Below, piece after piece: positions 26,205-39,279 of a stretch of DNA of 64,000 nucleotides. Location: positions 52,824,001-52,888,000 of the forward strand of contig NC_043015.1 of NCBI RefSeq assembly GCF_006345805.1. Reading direction: 5' to 3'. Source of the stretch: Octopus sinensis (taxonomy: Eukaryota). Numbering within the stretch: the stretch's first letter is position 1; every line of letters starts with the position of its first letter. The notes under the pieces were generated by a model. The model ran no database searches. It had not been told where the DNA came from and worked only from the letters and a program-made list of their open reading frames with translations. Made by a program: the position numbers and the translations under genes.

Positions 26205-26887
26205 GTATGTATGCATGTATAGATGGAATACACAAGGGGGTATACCTCAACTTAAGTCGATTTATCTGACTTTTAACGTCGCTCTCAGCAAACATATAAA
26301 AACATAAAAATTAGAAGAAAAAGGCATCGAAAAACCAATGCTGAAGTGTGAAATCAAATAAAATGTATGTGTTAATTATGTACAAATCATTTATTAAAAC
26401 ATGGAAACTAATGATTTTTTTTTTTAAAGTGTATTATCGATTTAAGTCGAATGTCTCGGAACCAGTTACTGACGTACGTTGAGGGATGGTTGTATATTGT
26501 TTGGCCTGTGTCCATAGGAAGGAAAAAAGAAAACCCCTGTCTACACAGCAATTTATATTGTCTGGTTTCTTAGAAGAAAAATATTTCGTTTCAGGAATTG
26601 ATAATTTTTGTTTTATCTCGTTTCGTTTTTGTTAATTTTCCCTTCGCCGGTTTTATTTTTGTATTAATTTTACTTTTTTATTTCTTAATTCTGTCTTATT
26701 CTGTCCCTCCTGTCAATTGTAAAAACCACTTACCCTCAGCTCGTATGCAGAAAGAAAAAGAAAAAACTCAAAACTGTTTTTGCTTTTAGTAATTGTTCGT
26801 TTGTTCCGTAAACACATCGAAAACAACCAAACAATTAAAGTATGTATATAAATACATATATACACATAAATATACGTGTATGTATTG

Positions 26888-26961
<74 letters not shown>

Positions 26962-27088
26962 GCGCGCGTGTGTAGAAGTATATGTGTGTGGATAGACAGA
27001 TAGATAGGTACATAGACAAGCAGACATACTGATAGATAGGGAGGCACAGATCGATTGATAGATAGACAGGCAGACAAATTGACAAATG

Positions 27089-27122
<34 letters not shown>

Positions 27123-27926
27123 CGGCATCAACTAACATCTTCAAGCGAAAGTGGACGTTCGTTTGACATGCTAGAAATAACAGCTAAATCTACTTCTCAA
27201 ACCATACACGTTACTGTCTAATGCAGAGACACATTGGATAACATAGTCAACATACACCTATTTAAATAAAAAAAAAAAAGCGCGACAATTATGGTTGGAG
27301 CGCATTTTATATATATCTGTCTGCTGTGACGACTTATTTCCTATTGTTATCACGATGCATAAAAAAATATAAGCAGAAGGAGTGACATATAGACATCGTT
27401 TCCTAAATCAGTGTCAATGATAATAATGATAAATAACAATAATAATAATAATAATAATACGGTTTGAATTTTTTTTTTTTTCTGGAGCTGACCTTAATTA
27501 TTCGTGGTGGTGGTGATGGTGGGGACAATTCCAGACAACACGACAATACACGTATCGACAATTATAGTGCCAATAATAATAAAAGTAAAAACAGGCGACG
27601 AATTATGAGTTGTAACATCTGCATATATTTTACACTGAACATAATCAGGCAGAGATTTATTATTATTATCATTATTTTTATTATTATTATTATTATTATT
27701 ACTATTATATTATCAGTATTACTTAGGTTTAATATTTGTTTTATAATTTCTGTTACACTTACAGTTAATAATTACATATCTTAGATGCAATTCCGTTGTT
27801 GCTGATCTAAGCAGAAGCGCTCCTGTCGTGCCGATATCGTCGTTTTATTGCGACATGTATTAACACAACAAGAGCTGTAATTTCAAGAAAGATCTATCTT
27901 GCTTGTAATTTTTACCGGTCGAGTTA

Positions 27927-27977
<51 letters not shown>

Positions 27978-28274
27978 AATATACAAGATTGTAGAGATGT
28001 AACATATATATATATATATATTAATATAATCTTAAGATTATTGGCATAGGAGAAAAAGAAAACAAAAAAAACTAAGTGGCACCTGTTTTCATTAAGAATA
28101 TTAATTAAGGTTATTTAGAAACAGGTGAGACATTAAGAAAAAACCAGGTGAACTTAGATCCAGACATGAGTTAGCTGACTAAAGATACAACCAAAACAAG
28201 ACTTATGTCATTCCAGAACAGTAATATGTATGCGAAAAGGGATTAAAACAGTGTAAGATAGTGAATGTGTGTGC

Positions 28275-28314
<40 letters not shown>

Positions 28315-29420
28315 TAGATTGACAGACAGACAGAAGAAAAGACAATGGACTAGATATAAAGAGGGGCAGATTGGTGAATAAAAAAAATAGACAAACTATT
28401 TGATTGATTGATAGATGAAAGGTCAGACAGACGTGAGAAAGAAAATGACAAACAGAAGTGTAACCCCGAATTTTTTTAAGTTTAGGGGATGAAAATAGAT
28501 TACAATATCTACATAGAGACATGCATGTGTGCGTGTGAATAAAACATCAAATATATATATACATATATATATATGTATATATATATACATACATGTATGT
28601 ACGTGTGAAAGGGTGTAAGATGTTGTGCCGGTGACTTAATAATACATACCTAGCCATGGTAAAAAAAAGCCTTGTTCTCTCGAGTGAACACTTAGATAAT
28701 TCGCATTGCTTTTAAAGTGCCGTGCAGCTCTCGGTCGCCGTGATATTTGTCAGTGGTACTATTACAGACAGATACTGCTTGTTTACCGGCAATAAAGATG
28801 ATGACGATGACGATGACGACGGTGGCGGCGGCGGCGACCACAGCGACGGTGATAACGATAATGATAATAAAAATAATAATAATAATGTTGATAATACTGA
28901 TGGTGATGTTGGCGGTTTAGCTCTACGTGATGCTGGCTGGTTTACACCTTATAATTTAACGCAGACTACCAACCAACATGCTCTACGCCATATGCGAACC
29001 GACGCGATAGCACTCGGATGGTTTCATGTGTGTGAGTATATATACATGTGTGTGTATATGAGCCCGCGTACGTACGGAATGATGTGATAGCGAATTTATT
29101 AAATGCATACATATAGGCGTGTATATTTTGTACGTGCGTGCATACATGTGTGCATGCATGCATGCATGTATGTATGTATGTATGTATGACTGAGTGTTTA
29201 GCTATAAAGAATGCGTCATCGAAGTAATTAATATATACACACAGTTCGATATATAGCTATTCATAGATGCCTTCGATTCAATCATATATATATATATGTA
29301 TGTATGTATATACATACATACAGATTTATATACATATATACAATATATACACATACATATATATATTCATATATTATATATATATATATACTCATATATA
29401 TACATATATATATATCTATA

Positions 29421-29455
<35 letters not shown>

Positions 29456-29481
29456 ATAATATACATATATATATATAATAT

Positions 29482-29512
<31 letters not shown>

Positions 29513-29959
29513 ATGCATGTATATATACATATATAAATAAGCATGTATATATACATATATATATATACAAATATATATATGTATATATTTATATATATAC
29601 ATTTATATACATACATATATATATATTATATATATATATATATATATATTATATTTGTATGTATTTATGTGTGTATATATTGTATGCATGATTAAATTGA
29701 GAGGAGGGGTAGGGTAATGGAAGGAAGAGACAGACGGACAAACACACAGACAGACAGGCAGACAGATAGACATACACGGATCAATCGATAGATATTATAT
29801 AGTGTCACCAGATAGACAGACGAAAAGACAGAATAAATAAGTAAAAAATAGATAAATAAATAAACTGAAGTAAGGGCAGCGCACTCTGCGCACGCGGTTT
29901 GATATATTCGTATGTTGTATGTGTGTGTGTGTGTGTGTGCACACGCGCGCGTGCCCTTT

Positions 29960-30244
29960 GCTCGTTTTAGTCATTAGACTGCGGCCATGCTAGGGCACCG
30001 CTTTGAAGAATTTTAATCGAACGAATCGGCCCGAGCACTTTTATTTATTATAATTTTTATTTTTTTGAAAAAGAACCTGGTTCTTATTCGATCGGTGGCT
30101 TCAGCCGAACCGCTAAAATACTGGGATGTGAACACACTAGCACCGGTTGTCAAGCACTGGTGGGGGACAAGTGCAAAGATTCACTCACACATACATATAT
30201 ACATGCATGCATATACATACACATATATATATATATATATACAC

Positions 30245-30339
<95 letters not shown>

Positions 30340-30465
30340 ATAAATATATATATATATATCGTCTTCCAAATTCACTCACAAGACTTTGGTCGGCTCAAGG
30401 CTATAGCTGAAGCCTCTTGCTCGAGATATCATGCAGTGGGACTGAACCCGAAACTAAGTGGTTGG
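29960..30465 (-). mobile_element. SINE family A copy with expanded internal microsatellite
   Basis: Family A body and head on minus, separated by about 170 bp of (TA)/(TG). Confidence 0.8.
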
Positions 30466-32429
30466 GAAATATGATTTTGGGTGGGTGCATGTGTGTGTGC
30501 GCGTGTGTGGGATGTGTATGTGTACATTTATGTGTGTATATATATATAAATGTTGATAGCTATCAAGGCCTTGCTGGAGCGTCGCCTTCCTACAGTAGCT
30601 ATCTAAATCACTGTGTGTTTGTATCATTTATGCATGTGAATATGTGTCTATATGTACATCATCCATACGTGTATGTATGAGTATATGTATGCATGCGTGT
30701 TTATTTTATGTAAATTACAATACGAGAAATTTAATTCTTGGCTGAGCTAAACTCGACAAAATTTTCCAAAATAATTCTATGATATCGGATTAAGCACACT
30801 CAGTTATTTAGCCCTGTGGTTTTTTAACTGAGGTTCATATGGCCCCTAGAAGTCCATATAAGATTTTTGGGGGTCCCTGCAACAAAATAGTAAATTGGGG
30901 ATCTATGATTGTATTTTAAGGGCCCCTGAAAAAAATTTGTTTTAGATGTATGTATTGTAAGAAACAGCTAAATTTCTTTCTCTAACGTAGTGTTTCCCAA
31001 TCTATTCCACCCCCCCAGGCCCCATTATAAGTTTCCAGAAAAATGTATACCCTACCGGTGGCTGGAAAAAGAAAACTTTATTTTTAATATTTTATCAGAA
31101 TTATTTAATACAAAAGTAACTCTTTTATTAAATATACTTTCCTACTCTAGGCATAAGGCCCGAAATTTTGGGGGAGGAGGTCAGTCGATTAGATCGACCC
31201 CGGTACGCAGCAGGCACTTAATTTATCGAGCCTGAAATGACGAAAGGCAAAGTCGACCTCGGCGGGATTTGAACTCAGAACGTTTCTTATTTCTTTATTG
31301 CCCACAGGGGGCTAAACATAGAGGGGATAAACAAGGACAGACAAAGGGATTAAGTAGATTACATCGACCCCAGTGCGTAACTGGTACTTAATTTATCGAC
31401 CCCGAAAGAATGAAAGGCAAAGTCGACCTCGGCGGAATTTGAACTCAGAACGTTTCTGCCAGCTCGCCACTTTTCTTTTATTGAGTATTGAGCACCGACT
31501 TCTCATTTGAGCATCGACTGCTCATAATCATATACTTTCCTTAAAGAAATATCCACATATGGGCATTAGAATAGTTCTATACTGTATCAAACAGTCTGCT
31601 TGGCTGGAGGAATTGGCTTGGTTAGGCTGTGTATAGGTGAAGTATGTTTCCATGTCCCACTAAAAAAAAATAAGTTTTAGCTCCCATGCCCCATCACAAT
31701 GTTCCCAGGCCCCACAACTGGAGCTTATGCGCCACATTAGAAGTCACTGCTCCAACGTTATCCATAGTTCAGCCCACGTAAGTGAATGTGTGAAAAAAAA
31801 CATAGGACTTTTGAAAGAAGTATCTATAAAACTAGTTTTTAAACATCGAATGGCTATAGGAGTCCATCAGAATTAAATAACAATCAAAGGGATTCATAGA
31901 TAAGAAATGGTTGAGGACCCCTGATTTAATCCCAAGTCTACCTACTTACGGCTAACCTGGGGTTAAAAATCGACGGCAACAACAGGAAAATAGATCAGGA
32001 AAAACCGTCGAGTTGTTTGGATTTATTTTTTACTCATTTTCACCACATCTTCGTATCACACGTATTAAATAGGATCAATAACATTGTTTCTCAGTCCAAT
32101 GACAAAACAACTTCGATCTTTAACTATATTTACTCTTAATTATAGAATACAAATAATCGTTCTTTCTAACAGAAGCAAAAGATCCACAATTTCTGTGTGT
32201 GGTGGGGTTTTGGTCGATGAAGATGTTATTTTACGTTTGTTGTTGTTCATGTTGCTTTGCTCCGGGCCATTTTTGATCGAGCAGAACTATGATGAAAGTT
32301 GTTTCTGCCATGGCCATCACGTTCTATGTTGACGTTGGCATCTCAACAACTACATAGCTTCAAGTTTGATCCTACTTCATAGAACGTTGAACGGATTAGG
32401 TGGACGGAAACTGTGTTTGGCCCCTTGTG

Positions 32430-32985
32430 GATAGTAAAGAAATAGGTATTTCGCTAGTCGCTACGTTCTAAGTTCAAATTCCGCTGAGGTCAAGTTTGCT
32501 CTTCATCTCTTTAGGGTCGAAAAAATAAGTACCAGTTGGATGTAATCAACTCATCTCCTCCCCCAGAATTGTTTCCCATGGGACAAAATTTGTATTTCGC
32601 CCGTCGCTACGTTCAGAGCTCAAATTCCGCCGAGGTAGACTTTACCTTTTATACTCTCGGGGTCGATAAATTAAGTACCAGTGAAACACTGGGGTCGATA
32701 TAATCGACTAGTCGCCGCCCCCCCCCACAATTTCAGGCCCCATGTCTATAGCAGAAAGGATTATATTTTACAAAGAAATTTGAATGCTAAAGAGTTAGAC
32801 CGTTGGAGAGAATACCTCACAGCATTCGTTCTGGTTCCCTGGGTCTACGGATCAAATCCTGCCGAGGTCAACTTTGCCTTTTATCTTTTCGGAAGTCGAT
32901 AAAATAAGGTACCAGTTAAGTCCAGTATTAATATATCGGCTGATCCTGTCCTCTCAAAATTACTTTTCTTGGACTTAAATCAGAA
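32430..32985 (+). mobile_element. Cluster of 3-4 SINE family B copies
   Basis: gttcaaattccgccgagg...ggggtcgataaa...aagtaccagt repeated at about 32470, 32620 and 32850. Confidence 0.8.
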
Positions 32986-32989
32986 TCAA

Positions 32990-33625
32990 TTATAACTGGC
33001 AGGATGGACTCCCTCTTGAAAGACTCGCCAAGCCAATCCTGCTGGAGACCTATGGAAAGAGACGGAGAAACGCCAAAGATGAATTGGCATCAAACGATCA
33101 ACGGGGACAAGCATAGGAGCACTCCGTCGGTTGCGACGATGAGGGTCCCAGCTGATACGATCAACGGAACAGCTTGCTCGTGATATTAACGTGCAAGTGG
33201 CTGAGCACTCCACAGAAACGTGTACCCTTAACGTAGTTCTCGGGGAGATTCAGCGTGACACAGAGTGTGACAAGGCTGGCCCTTTGAAATACAGGTACAA
33301 GAGAAACAGGAAGAAAGAGCGAGAGAAAGTTGTGGTGAAAGAGTACAGCAGGGTTCATCACCATCCCCTGCCGGAGCCTCGTGGAGCTTTAGGTGTTTTC
33401 GCTCAATAAACACTCACAATGCCCGGTCTGGGAATCGAAACCACGATCCTCCGACCGCGAGTCCGCTGCCCTAACCACTGGGCCATTGCGCCTCCACTAA
33501 CGGGGACAAGCAGATGATTGACAGAACATGGAATGACGCAATGAGTGAAGCGAGGAACTGCGACCGCTGACACACTTCGACTGTCACGTGTGTCTCAAGA
33601 CGTGGGAGCTTCTAGGTAAGTAATC
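32990..33625 (+). mobile_element. 3' end of an RTE-type LINE, interrupted by a SINE
   Basis: After removing the SINE, the sequence reads PKMNWHQTINGDKQMIDRTWNDAMSEARNCDR*...CVSRRGSF*, then a ggtaagtaa tail; this resembles RTE ORF C-termini. Confidence 0.6.
33114..33498 (-). mobile_element. tRNA-derived SINE family C, full-length, 14-bp TSD
   Basis: Head gtggaggcgcaatggcccagtggttagggcagcggactcgcgg on minus; TSD aacggggacaagca at 33100-33113 and 33499-33512. Confidence 0.9.
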
Positions 33626-34461
33626 GCTGGTGCGTCCAACAAAATGTTTGGCGGCATTTCTTCCGATTCTTTATGTTGTGAGTTCAAACTCCGTTTAGGT
33701 CGACTTTGTCTTTCATCCTTTCGGGAGCGATAAAATAAATACCAGGCGAATACTGGGGTCTGTGCAATCGACTTACCCTCTCTTCCGAAATTGATGGCCT
33801 TGTGCCAAAATTTGAAACCAAAATTTGTGTGGTTGTACGGTAGTGCAGGTGAAAAGATGAGGAAAGGAGAAAAGAAGAGCGCGTGTGCGTGTAGTGTGTA
33901 CGTATGTGTGTGAACGTGCCGTCTTTCTCCTTGTGTTATAATATTTTTCATTTTTTTTTTAAGGCAATAGTGTGTGATTCGAGCAGGGTGTGGTTGTTAT
34001 TTCTAGCCCGTGGAGCGATTACGTAAAGGCTGGCTCATTGGCACGAGAGAAACAGATGGACAGACGAGGTGAGAGAAGGAGAACGCAACAAGTTTATGAC
34101 TGTTTCTACCAATAACAGGTTTCCTAGAGTTAACAGTCATGAAAATATAAACGAAAGCGCTGTCGTCATCGATGTTAACCGGATATGGTACCCGGATTAC
34201 GAAACCGAAACTAGGACCCAGCACGTGAGAATGATTAGATTAAAACTACTTTAAATCCGATTCTTTTAATTTAAGTTTTTTTTTTATTCAACTTTTGTCT
34301 TTAATCTTTATGGACTGCGGCTAAGCTGGAGCACTGTCTTAATAAATCGACCCTAGTTTTTGAAGTCTAGTTCTTATTCTATCGACTGTCTTTTACCGAA
34401 CCGCTAAGTGACGGGAGACATAAACCAACATTGGTTATCAAGCGGCAGAGTTGGAGAAACA

Positions 34462-34501
<40 letters not shown>

Positions 34502-34673
34502 TTATTCTTTAGGCGTAGCCTTGCCTGTGTGGTACGTAGCCTGTTTACCAACAACATGGTTACAGGTTCAGTCCCACTGCGTGGTACTTTGGGCACGTGT
34601 CTTCTATTATAGTCTCGGGCCGACCAAAGCCTTGTGAGGGGATTTGGTAGATGGAAACCGAAAGAAGTCCGTA

Positions 34674-34715
<42 letters not shown>

Positions 34716-34973
34716 CTTATGTGTACGTGCCTCTGTGTCTGTACCCCCCTTATCACCGGAGTTGGTGTGTTTACGTCTCTGTAACTTACCGGTTCGGTAA
34801 AAAAAGACCGATAGAATAAGTACTAGGGTTGATTCGTTCCACTAAAATTCTTCAATGCGGTGCTCCAGCATGACCGCGGTCTAATGACTGAAACAAATAA
34901 AACATAAAAACAGTGGTATTCTAAGTTTCGGCTACCTAAGCCATCACTTGAGTAACACATACTCACACACACA

Positions 34974-35031
<58 letters not shown>

Positions 35032-35330
35032 CTGATGCTCTTAGCTGAGACTTTTTGGGGGGCAACCAGACCGAACTGCCTCAAGTGTAGCTGCCCGAAA
35101 CAGTAAAGACATCTGGTAACTTGACTGAAGAAAGACGGCCACGAATGACCCATCCTATTTTCCCCCTGTCCATCTAATTGTTGTTTCTCCTGTCCGCCTT
35201 TGTATCGTTTATCTGTCCGAATGCTTTTATTGTCCTCTATTGCATTTTTGTTCCATTTTTTATATTTTTGTATACATATAGCGGCGTACGTACACACTTG
35301 TGTTCACCTTATAGTAAGTATATATATATA

Positions 35331-35730
35331 TCGTTGCTATTAAGCAAAAGTGTCGTAAATCCAAAACATTGCTTTTTCAGAAAATGAAAAAATATTTTCA
35401 CCATTCAATTTCTTTTTACATTGGCAACAGTTTCATCTTAACAATAATACTTTGTTGGGTGCATAAAATCGAAACACCATGCATGTATAATATTTTCAGT
35501 CAGAAATATTTTTTGCAAAACCGTCGTATGTGGGACTTACAGCACTTTTGGAAAATGCTAAACCGTTGTACTACACTTTGATAATTTTTCATATCTTGAC
35601 AGCTGAAGTAGCTGGAGATACGGTACTTTAACCAAAAGAATTGGCTATTGCAAGCGAAATGAAACACTGAGAAAGAAAAATCGCATTTCGCCAGATTTGG
35701 GCACATGACAGTTTAACATAATAGCAACGA
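35331..35730. mobile_element. Non-autonomous DNA transposon (MITE) in a (TA)n tract
   Basis: Perfect 12-bp TIR tcgttgctatta/taatagcaacga extending imperfectly to about 26 bp; flanked by TA repeats. Confidence 0.75.
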
Positions 35731-35740
35731 TATATATATA

Positions 35741-35950
35741 CAGGGTGACCCAAAAGTAGGTTTACAGTTATCACGTAGGTTCTTTAAATTGCTTTTAAAA
35801 CATTTTATTGCATTTATATTTCTATATTACAATTAACTAAATTAGCATAGAATAATGGTTTCATACTTTTTTTTATAAAAAAAGATCTAAGCTGTTAATA
35901 TATGAATACGAAAGAGATAGTTGAATAACTGTAAACCTACTTTTGGGCCA
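35741..35950. mobile_element. Tc1/mariner-type MITE
   Basis: Left TIR (ta)cagggtgacccaaaagtaggtttacagttat; right ataactgtaaacctacttttgggcca with the outer bases lost; TA-flanked. Confidence 0.8.
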
Positions 35951-35986
35951 TATATATATATACATATGTGTGTGTGTGTGTATACT

Positions 35987-36125
35987 CATATTATTTACAT
36001 TTGACGGATATGTGTCCTCCTCTTGTTTGTTGTTAACACAACGTTTCGGCTGATATACCCTTCAGCCTTCATCAGGTGTCTTAAGCAAATTTCGAACCTC
36101 GGTTCTCATTCCTAAGGTATTTTTC
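35987..36125 (-). mobile_element. Penelope-like element pLTR fragment carrying a hammerhead
   Basis: Same sequence family as 39132-39263 and 39645-39697; contains the hammerhead at 36035-36080. Confidence 0.65.
36035..36080 (-). ncRNA. Minimal type I hammerhead ribozyme (dimer-type, ACGU helix III)
   Basis: Minus strand GACAC-CUGAUGA-A-GGCUGA(agggtata)UCAGCC-GAAACGUU-GUGUU. All core nucleotides are present, helix I is 5 bp, helix II is 6 bp, and the predicted cleavage is after GUU (between 36040 and 36039). Confidence 0.8.
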
Positions 36126-36138
36126 GATGTTGTTGTTG

Positions 36139-36198
<60 letters not shown>

Positions 36199-36528
36199 AA
36201 AAATAATCCAGAATCCTCATCCGGTACCGGATCGATCCCCAAATCTAATCACTTCGTGCCAGTTACGAGGCCAAACATCCCTGAAAGTTTCATCCGAATC
36301 CATCCAGCGGTTCTTGAGATATCTTGCCCGAAGCACAAACAATCAAACAAACACAACTGCAAACAATACCTCCGCCTTTGCTAAGGTACAGGTAATAAGC
36401 CTTTCTATTATAGGTGCAAGACCTGAAATTTGTGGGGAGGGGACTAGTCAATTACATTGACCCCAGTGCTCTGCTCATGCTTTATATTATCGACCCCGAA
36501 ATGATGAAAGGCAAAGTCGACCTCGTGG

Positions 36529-36651
36529 CACTAGCGTAGCTAGAGTGTGTGCCGCTCGGACGGCCCTTCCATTTGCCGCCACCGGACCCCACGAAAAACA
36601 CATATTGCCTACAGCAGATCCAAAAGTGCTGCCGTCCTAGCTACGCTAGTG
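36529..36651. mobile_element. 123-bp hAT-type MITE inserted in a family B SINE
   Basis: 15-bp perfect TIR cactagcgtagctag/ctagctacgctagtg; 8-bp TSD ctcggtgg (the left copy lacks one g). Confidence 0.8.
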
Positions 36652-37152
36652 CTCGGTGGCATTTAAACTCAGAACGTAAAGATAGATAAAATGTTTCTAA
36701 GCATTTTGTCCGACGCACTAAGCATCCTGTTAGATTTCCACCTCAATTATAACGATAATTTTTAATTTCGGCACAAGGCCAGCAGTTTTGTGGAGAGGTG
36801 ATAAGTCGATTACATCGACCTCAGTACTTCCCTGGTACTTTATTTTATGAAAGGCGAGGTTGGCCCTCACGGAATTTGAACTCAGAACGCAAAAGATCTG
36901 AAACAAACACACAAGATATCCCATCCTCCGCTTTGACTTATCTGCTTGTCTATCCCTGCCGCCGCTAGTTCGATAGTCTACCTGTCAAGCTCGAAGGGAA
37001 GTCGACACCCAAACCTACCCTCGTGGGATTTGAGCCCAGAATGTGAACAGACCCAAGATGTTATGCTGTATGTTACCTTACCGATTACGCTAGCTTGCAT
37101 AATAATGATTTTCCGTAGTAATATTTCTCTCCCACCTCCCTACTCTCAACAG

Positions 37153-37228
37153 CTGCTACTGATGGTGATGATGGTGATGATGGTGATGATGGTGATGGTG
37201 ATGATGATGATGATGATGATGGTGATGG

Positions 37229-37265
<37 letters not shown>

Positions 37266-37329
37266 ATGATGGTGGTGGTGGTGATGGTGATGGTGGTTGT
37301 GATGATGATGATGATGATGATGATGGTGG

Positions 37330-37361
<32 letters not shown>

Positions 37362-37556
37362 ATGATGATGATGATGATGAAGCTGCTGTTGCTTGAGACG
37401 CTCCAGCAGCAGCAGCAGCAGCAGTATCAGCAGAAACAGCAGCAGCAGTTTTGGTGGAGACCGCAATCAGCAGACGCAACGTCATCAACTATTTCGGGAA
37501 TGACATCTTTGATTGGTCAGTTTCACCTAAACCGGTTACACATGGCGATTTTGCAG
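37153..37556 (+). CDS. Candidate exon; possible coding part 37377-37556 (MKLLLLETLQ7YQQKQ4FWWRPQSADATSSTISGMTSLIGQFHLNRLHMAILQ)
   Basis: Pyrimidine-rich acceptor ...ctccctactctcaacag| at 37152 and donor cag|gtaaat at 37556/37557; non-repetitive sequence after a poly-Q tract. No recognisable homology. Confidence 0.25.
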
Positions 37557-37854
37557 GTAAATCAAGCCTGTACTGCCAACATAGATACATGCCGTGCATG
37601 TATGTATATGCATATACATACATGTGTAAGTCTCTCCCCACTCTCCTTCTCTCTCTTCATATACATATGTGTGTGTGTCTGTGTGCTGTTCTAGCACCAA
37701 CTACCTGTTGAATCGTTGTGCACGCTTATTGATTGCACATTAGGCTAAGATGAACTGAAATTGTACTACCTCGGTTTGTGTACATCTACCGTGTGTATGT
37801 GTGTTGGATGAAAGTATGCATGAATGCACCTGTCTGTCTGCCTCTCTCCGCCCG

Positions 37855-37869
<15 letters not shown>

Positions 37870-37886
<17 letters not shown>

Positions 37887-37918
37887 ATCTATCTATCTAT
37901 CTATCTATCTGTCTATCC

Positions 37919-37970
<52 letters not shown>

Positions 37971-38031
37971 GTCTATCTATCCATCTGTCTATCCATCTAT
38001 CTATCTATCTATATATCTATCTATCTATCTA

Positions 38032-38064
<33 letters not shown>

Positions 38065-38088
38065 GTCTATCTATCCATCTGTCTATCC

Positions 38089-38136
<48 letters not shown>

Positions 38137-38217
38137 CTATCTATCGATCTATCCTATCTATCTATCTATCTACCTATCTACCTATCTATCTATCTATCTA
38201 TCTATCGATCTATCTAT

Positions 38218-38250
<33 letters not shown>

Positions 38251-38255
38251 ATCTA

Positions 38256-38295
<40 letters not shown>

Positions 38296-38300
38296 ATCTC
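37870..38300. repeat. (CTAT)n microsatellite array
   Basis: About 430 bp of CTAT with CTGT/CCAT interruptions. Confidence 0.95.
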
Positions 38301-38488
38301 CCGGTTAAGTATAATACATGTTATATATGTATGCGTGTATAAAAGTGTATGCATAAACACACATTCAAATGTATGTATAACACACATATATATATTTATG
38401 TATGTATGTAGTTATGTATGTATGTATACGCATATGTATATAAATACTTTTATGTACGTACACCCATGCACTTACATACACATATATT

Positions 38489-38522
<34 letters not shown>

Positions 38523-38693
38523 CATGCACACTCGCGCATATGCATGCCTGTATATCAGTGTTTGAATGTGTGCATGCGTGAATGCATGAGTTTGTTCGTG
38601 CGTGTACGAATGTGTGTGTTGGATGCGCGCCTGAATGTGTAGCTATATAACTCTTCAGTTCTATATTTAAGAGATGAAGAATTATGTACATTA

Positions 38694-38912
38694 CTCTTTT
38701 ACTCTCTTTTACTTGTTTCAGTCACGTGACTGTGGCCATGCTGGAGCACCGCCTTTTTAGTCGAGCAAATCGACCCCAGGACTTATTCTTTGTAAGCCTA
38801 GTACTTATTCTATCGGTCTCTTTTGCCGAACCGCTAAATTACGGGGACGTAAACACACCGGCATCGGTTGTCAAGCGATGTTGGGGGGACAAACACAGAC
38901 ACACAAACATAT

Positions 38913-38989
<77 letters not shown>

Positions 38990-39131
38990 TATATATAATA
39001 TATACATACATATATACATATATACGACGGGCTTCTTTCAGTTTCCGTCCACCAAATCCACTCACAAGGCTTTGGTCGAACCGAGGCTATTGTAGAAGAC
39101 ACAAGGTGCCACGTAGTGGGACTGAACCCGG
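38694..39131 (-). mobile_element. 5'-truncated SINE family A inserted into a hammerhead-bearing element
   Basis: acatta is repeated at 38688-38693 and 39132-39137 (candidate TSD); both flanks look like parts of the Penelope-like fragment. Confidence 0.7.
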
Positions 39132-39188
39132 ACATTATTTACATTATTTATATTTGACGGATATTTGTTGTCATTTTTGTGTATTGTC

Positions 39189-39234
39189 AACACAACGTTT
39201 CGGCTGATATACCATCCAGTCTTCATCAGGTGTC
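39189..39234 (-). ncRNA. Minimal type I hammerhead ribozyme, second copy of the 36035 family
   Basis: GACAC-CUGAUGA-A-GACUGG(atggtata)UCAGCC-GAAACGUU-GUGUU; core intact, one helix II mismatch. Confidence 0.75.
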
Positions 39235-39279
39235 TTAGGGAAATTTCGAACCTAGGTTCTCCTATATATATATATATCA

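Noticed and set aside
28722-29087. Asp/Asn/Gly-rich ORF
   Set aside because: Built from trinucleotide microsatellites, with no supporting splice sites or homology recognised.
35095-35160. CTGAAGA/CTGATGA plus nearby GAAA in the 35040/44536/46098 repeat family as a hammerhead
   Set aside because: No consistent helix I, II or III arrangement across the three copies; GAAT rather than GAAA follows the core-like 7-mer.
37778-38565. Long ORFs of YLSI/IYLS repeats and similar YI/CV/HT-repeat ORFs elsewhere
   Set aside because: Direct translations of (CTAT)n, (TA)n, (TG)n and (CA)n microsatellites.
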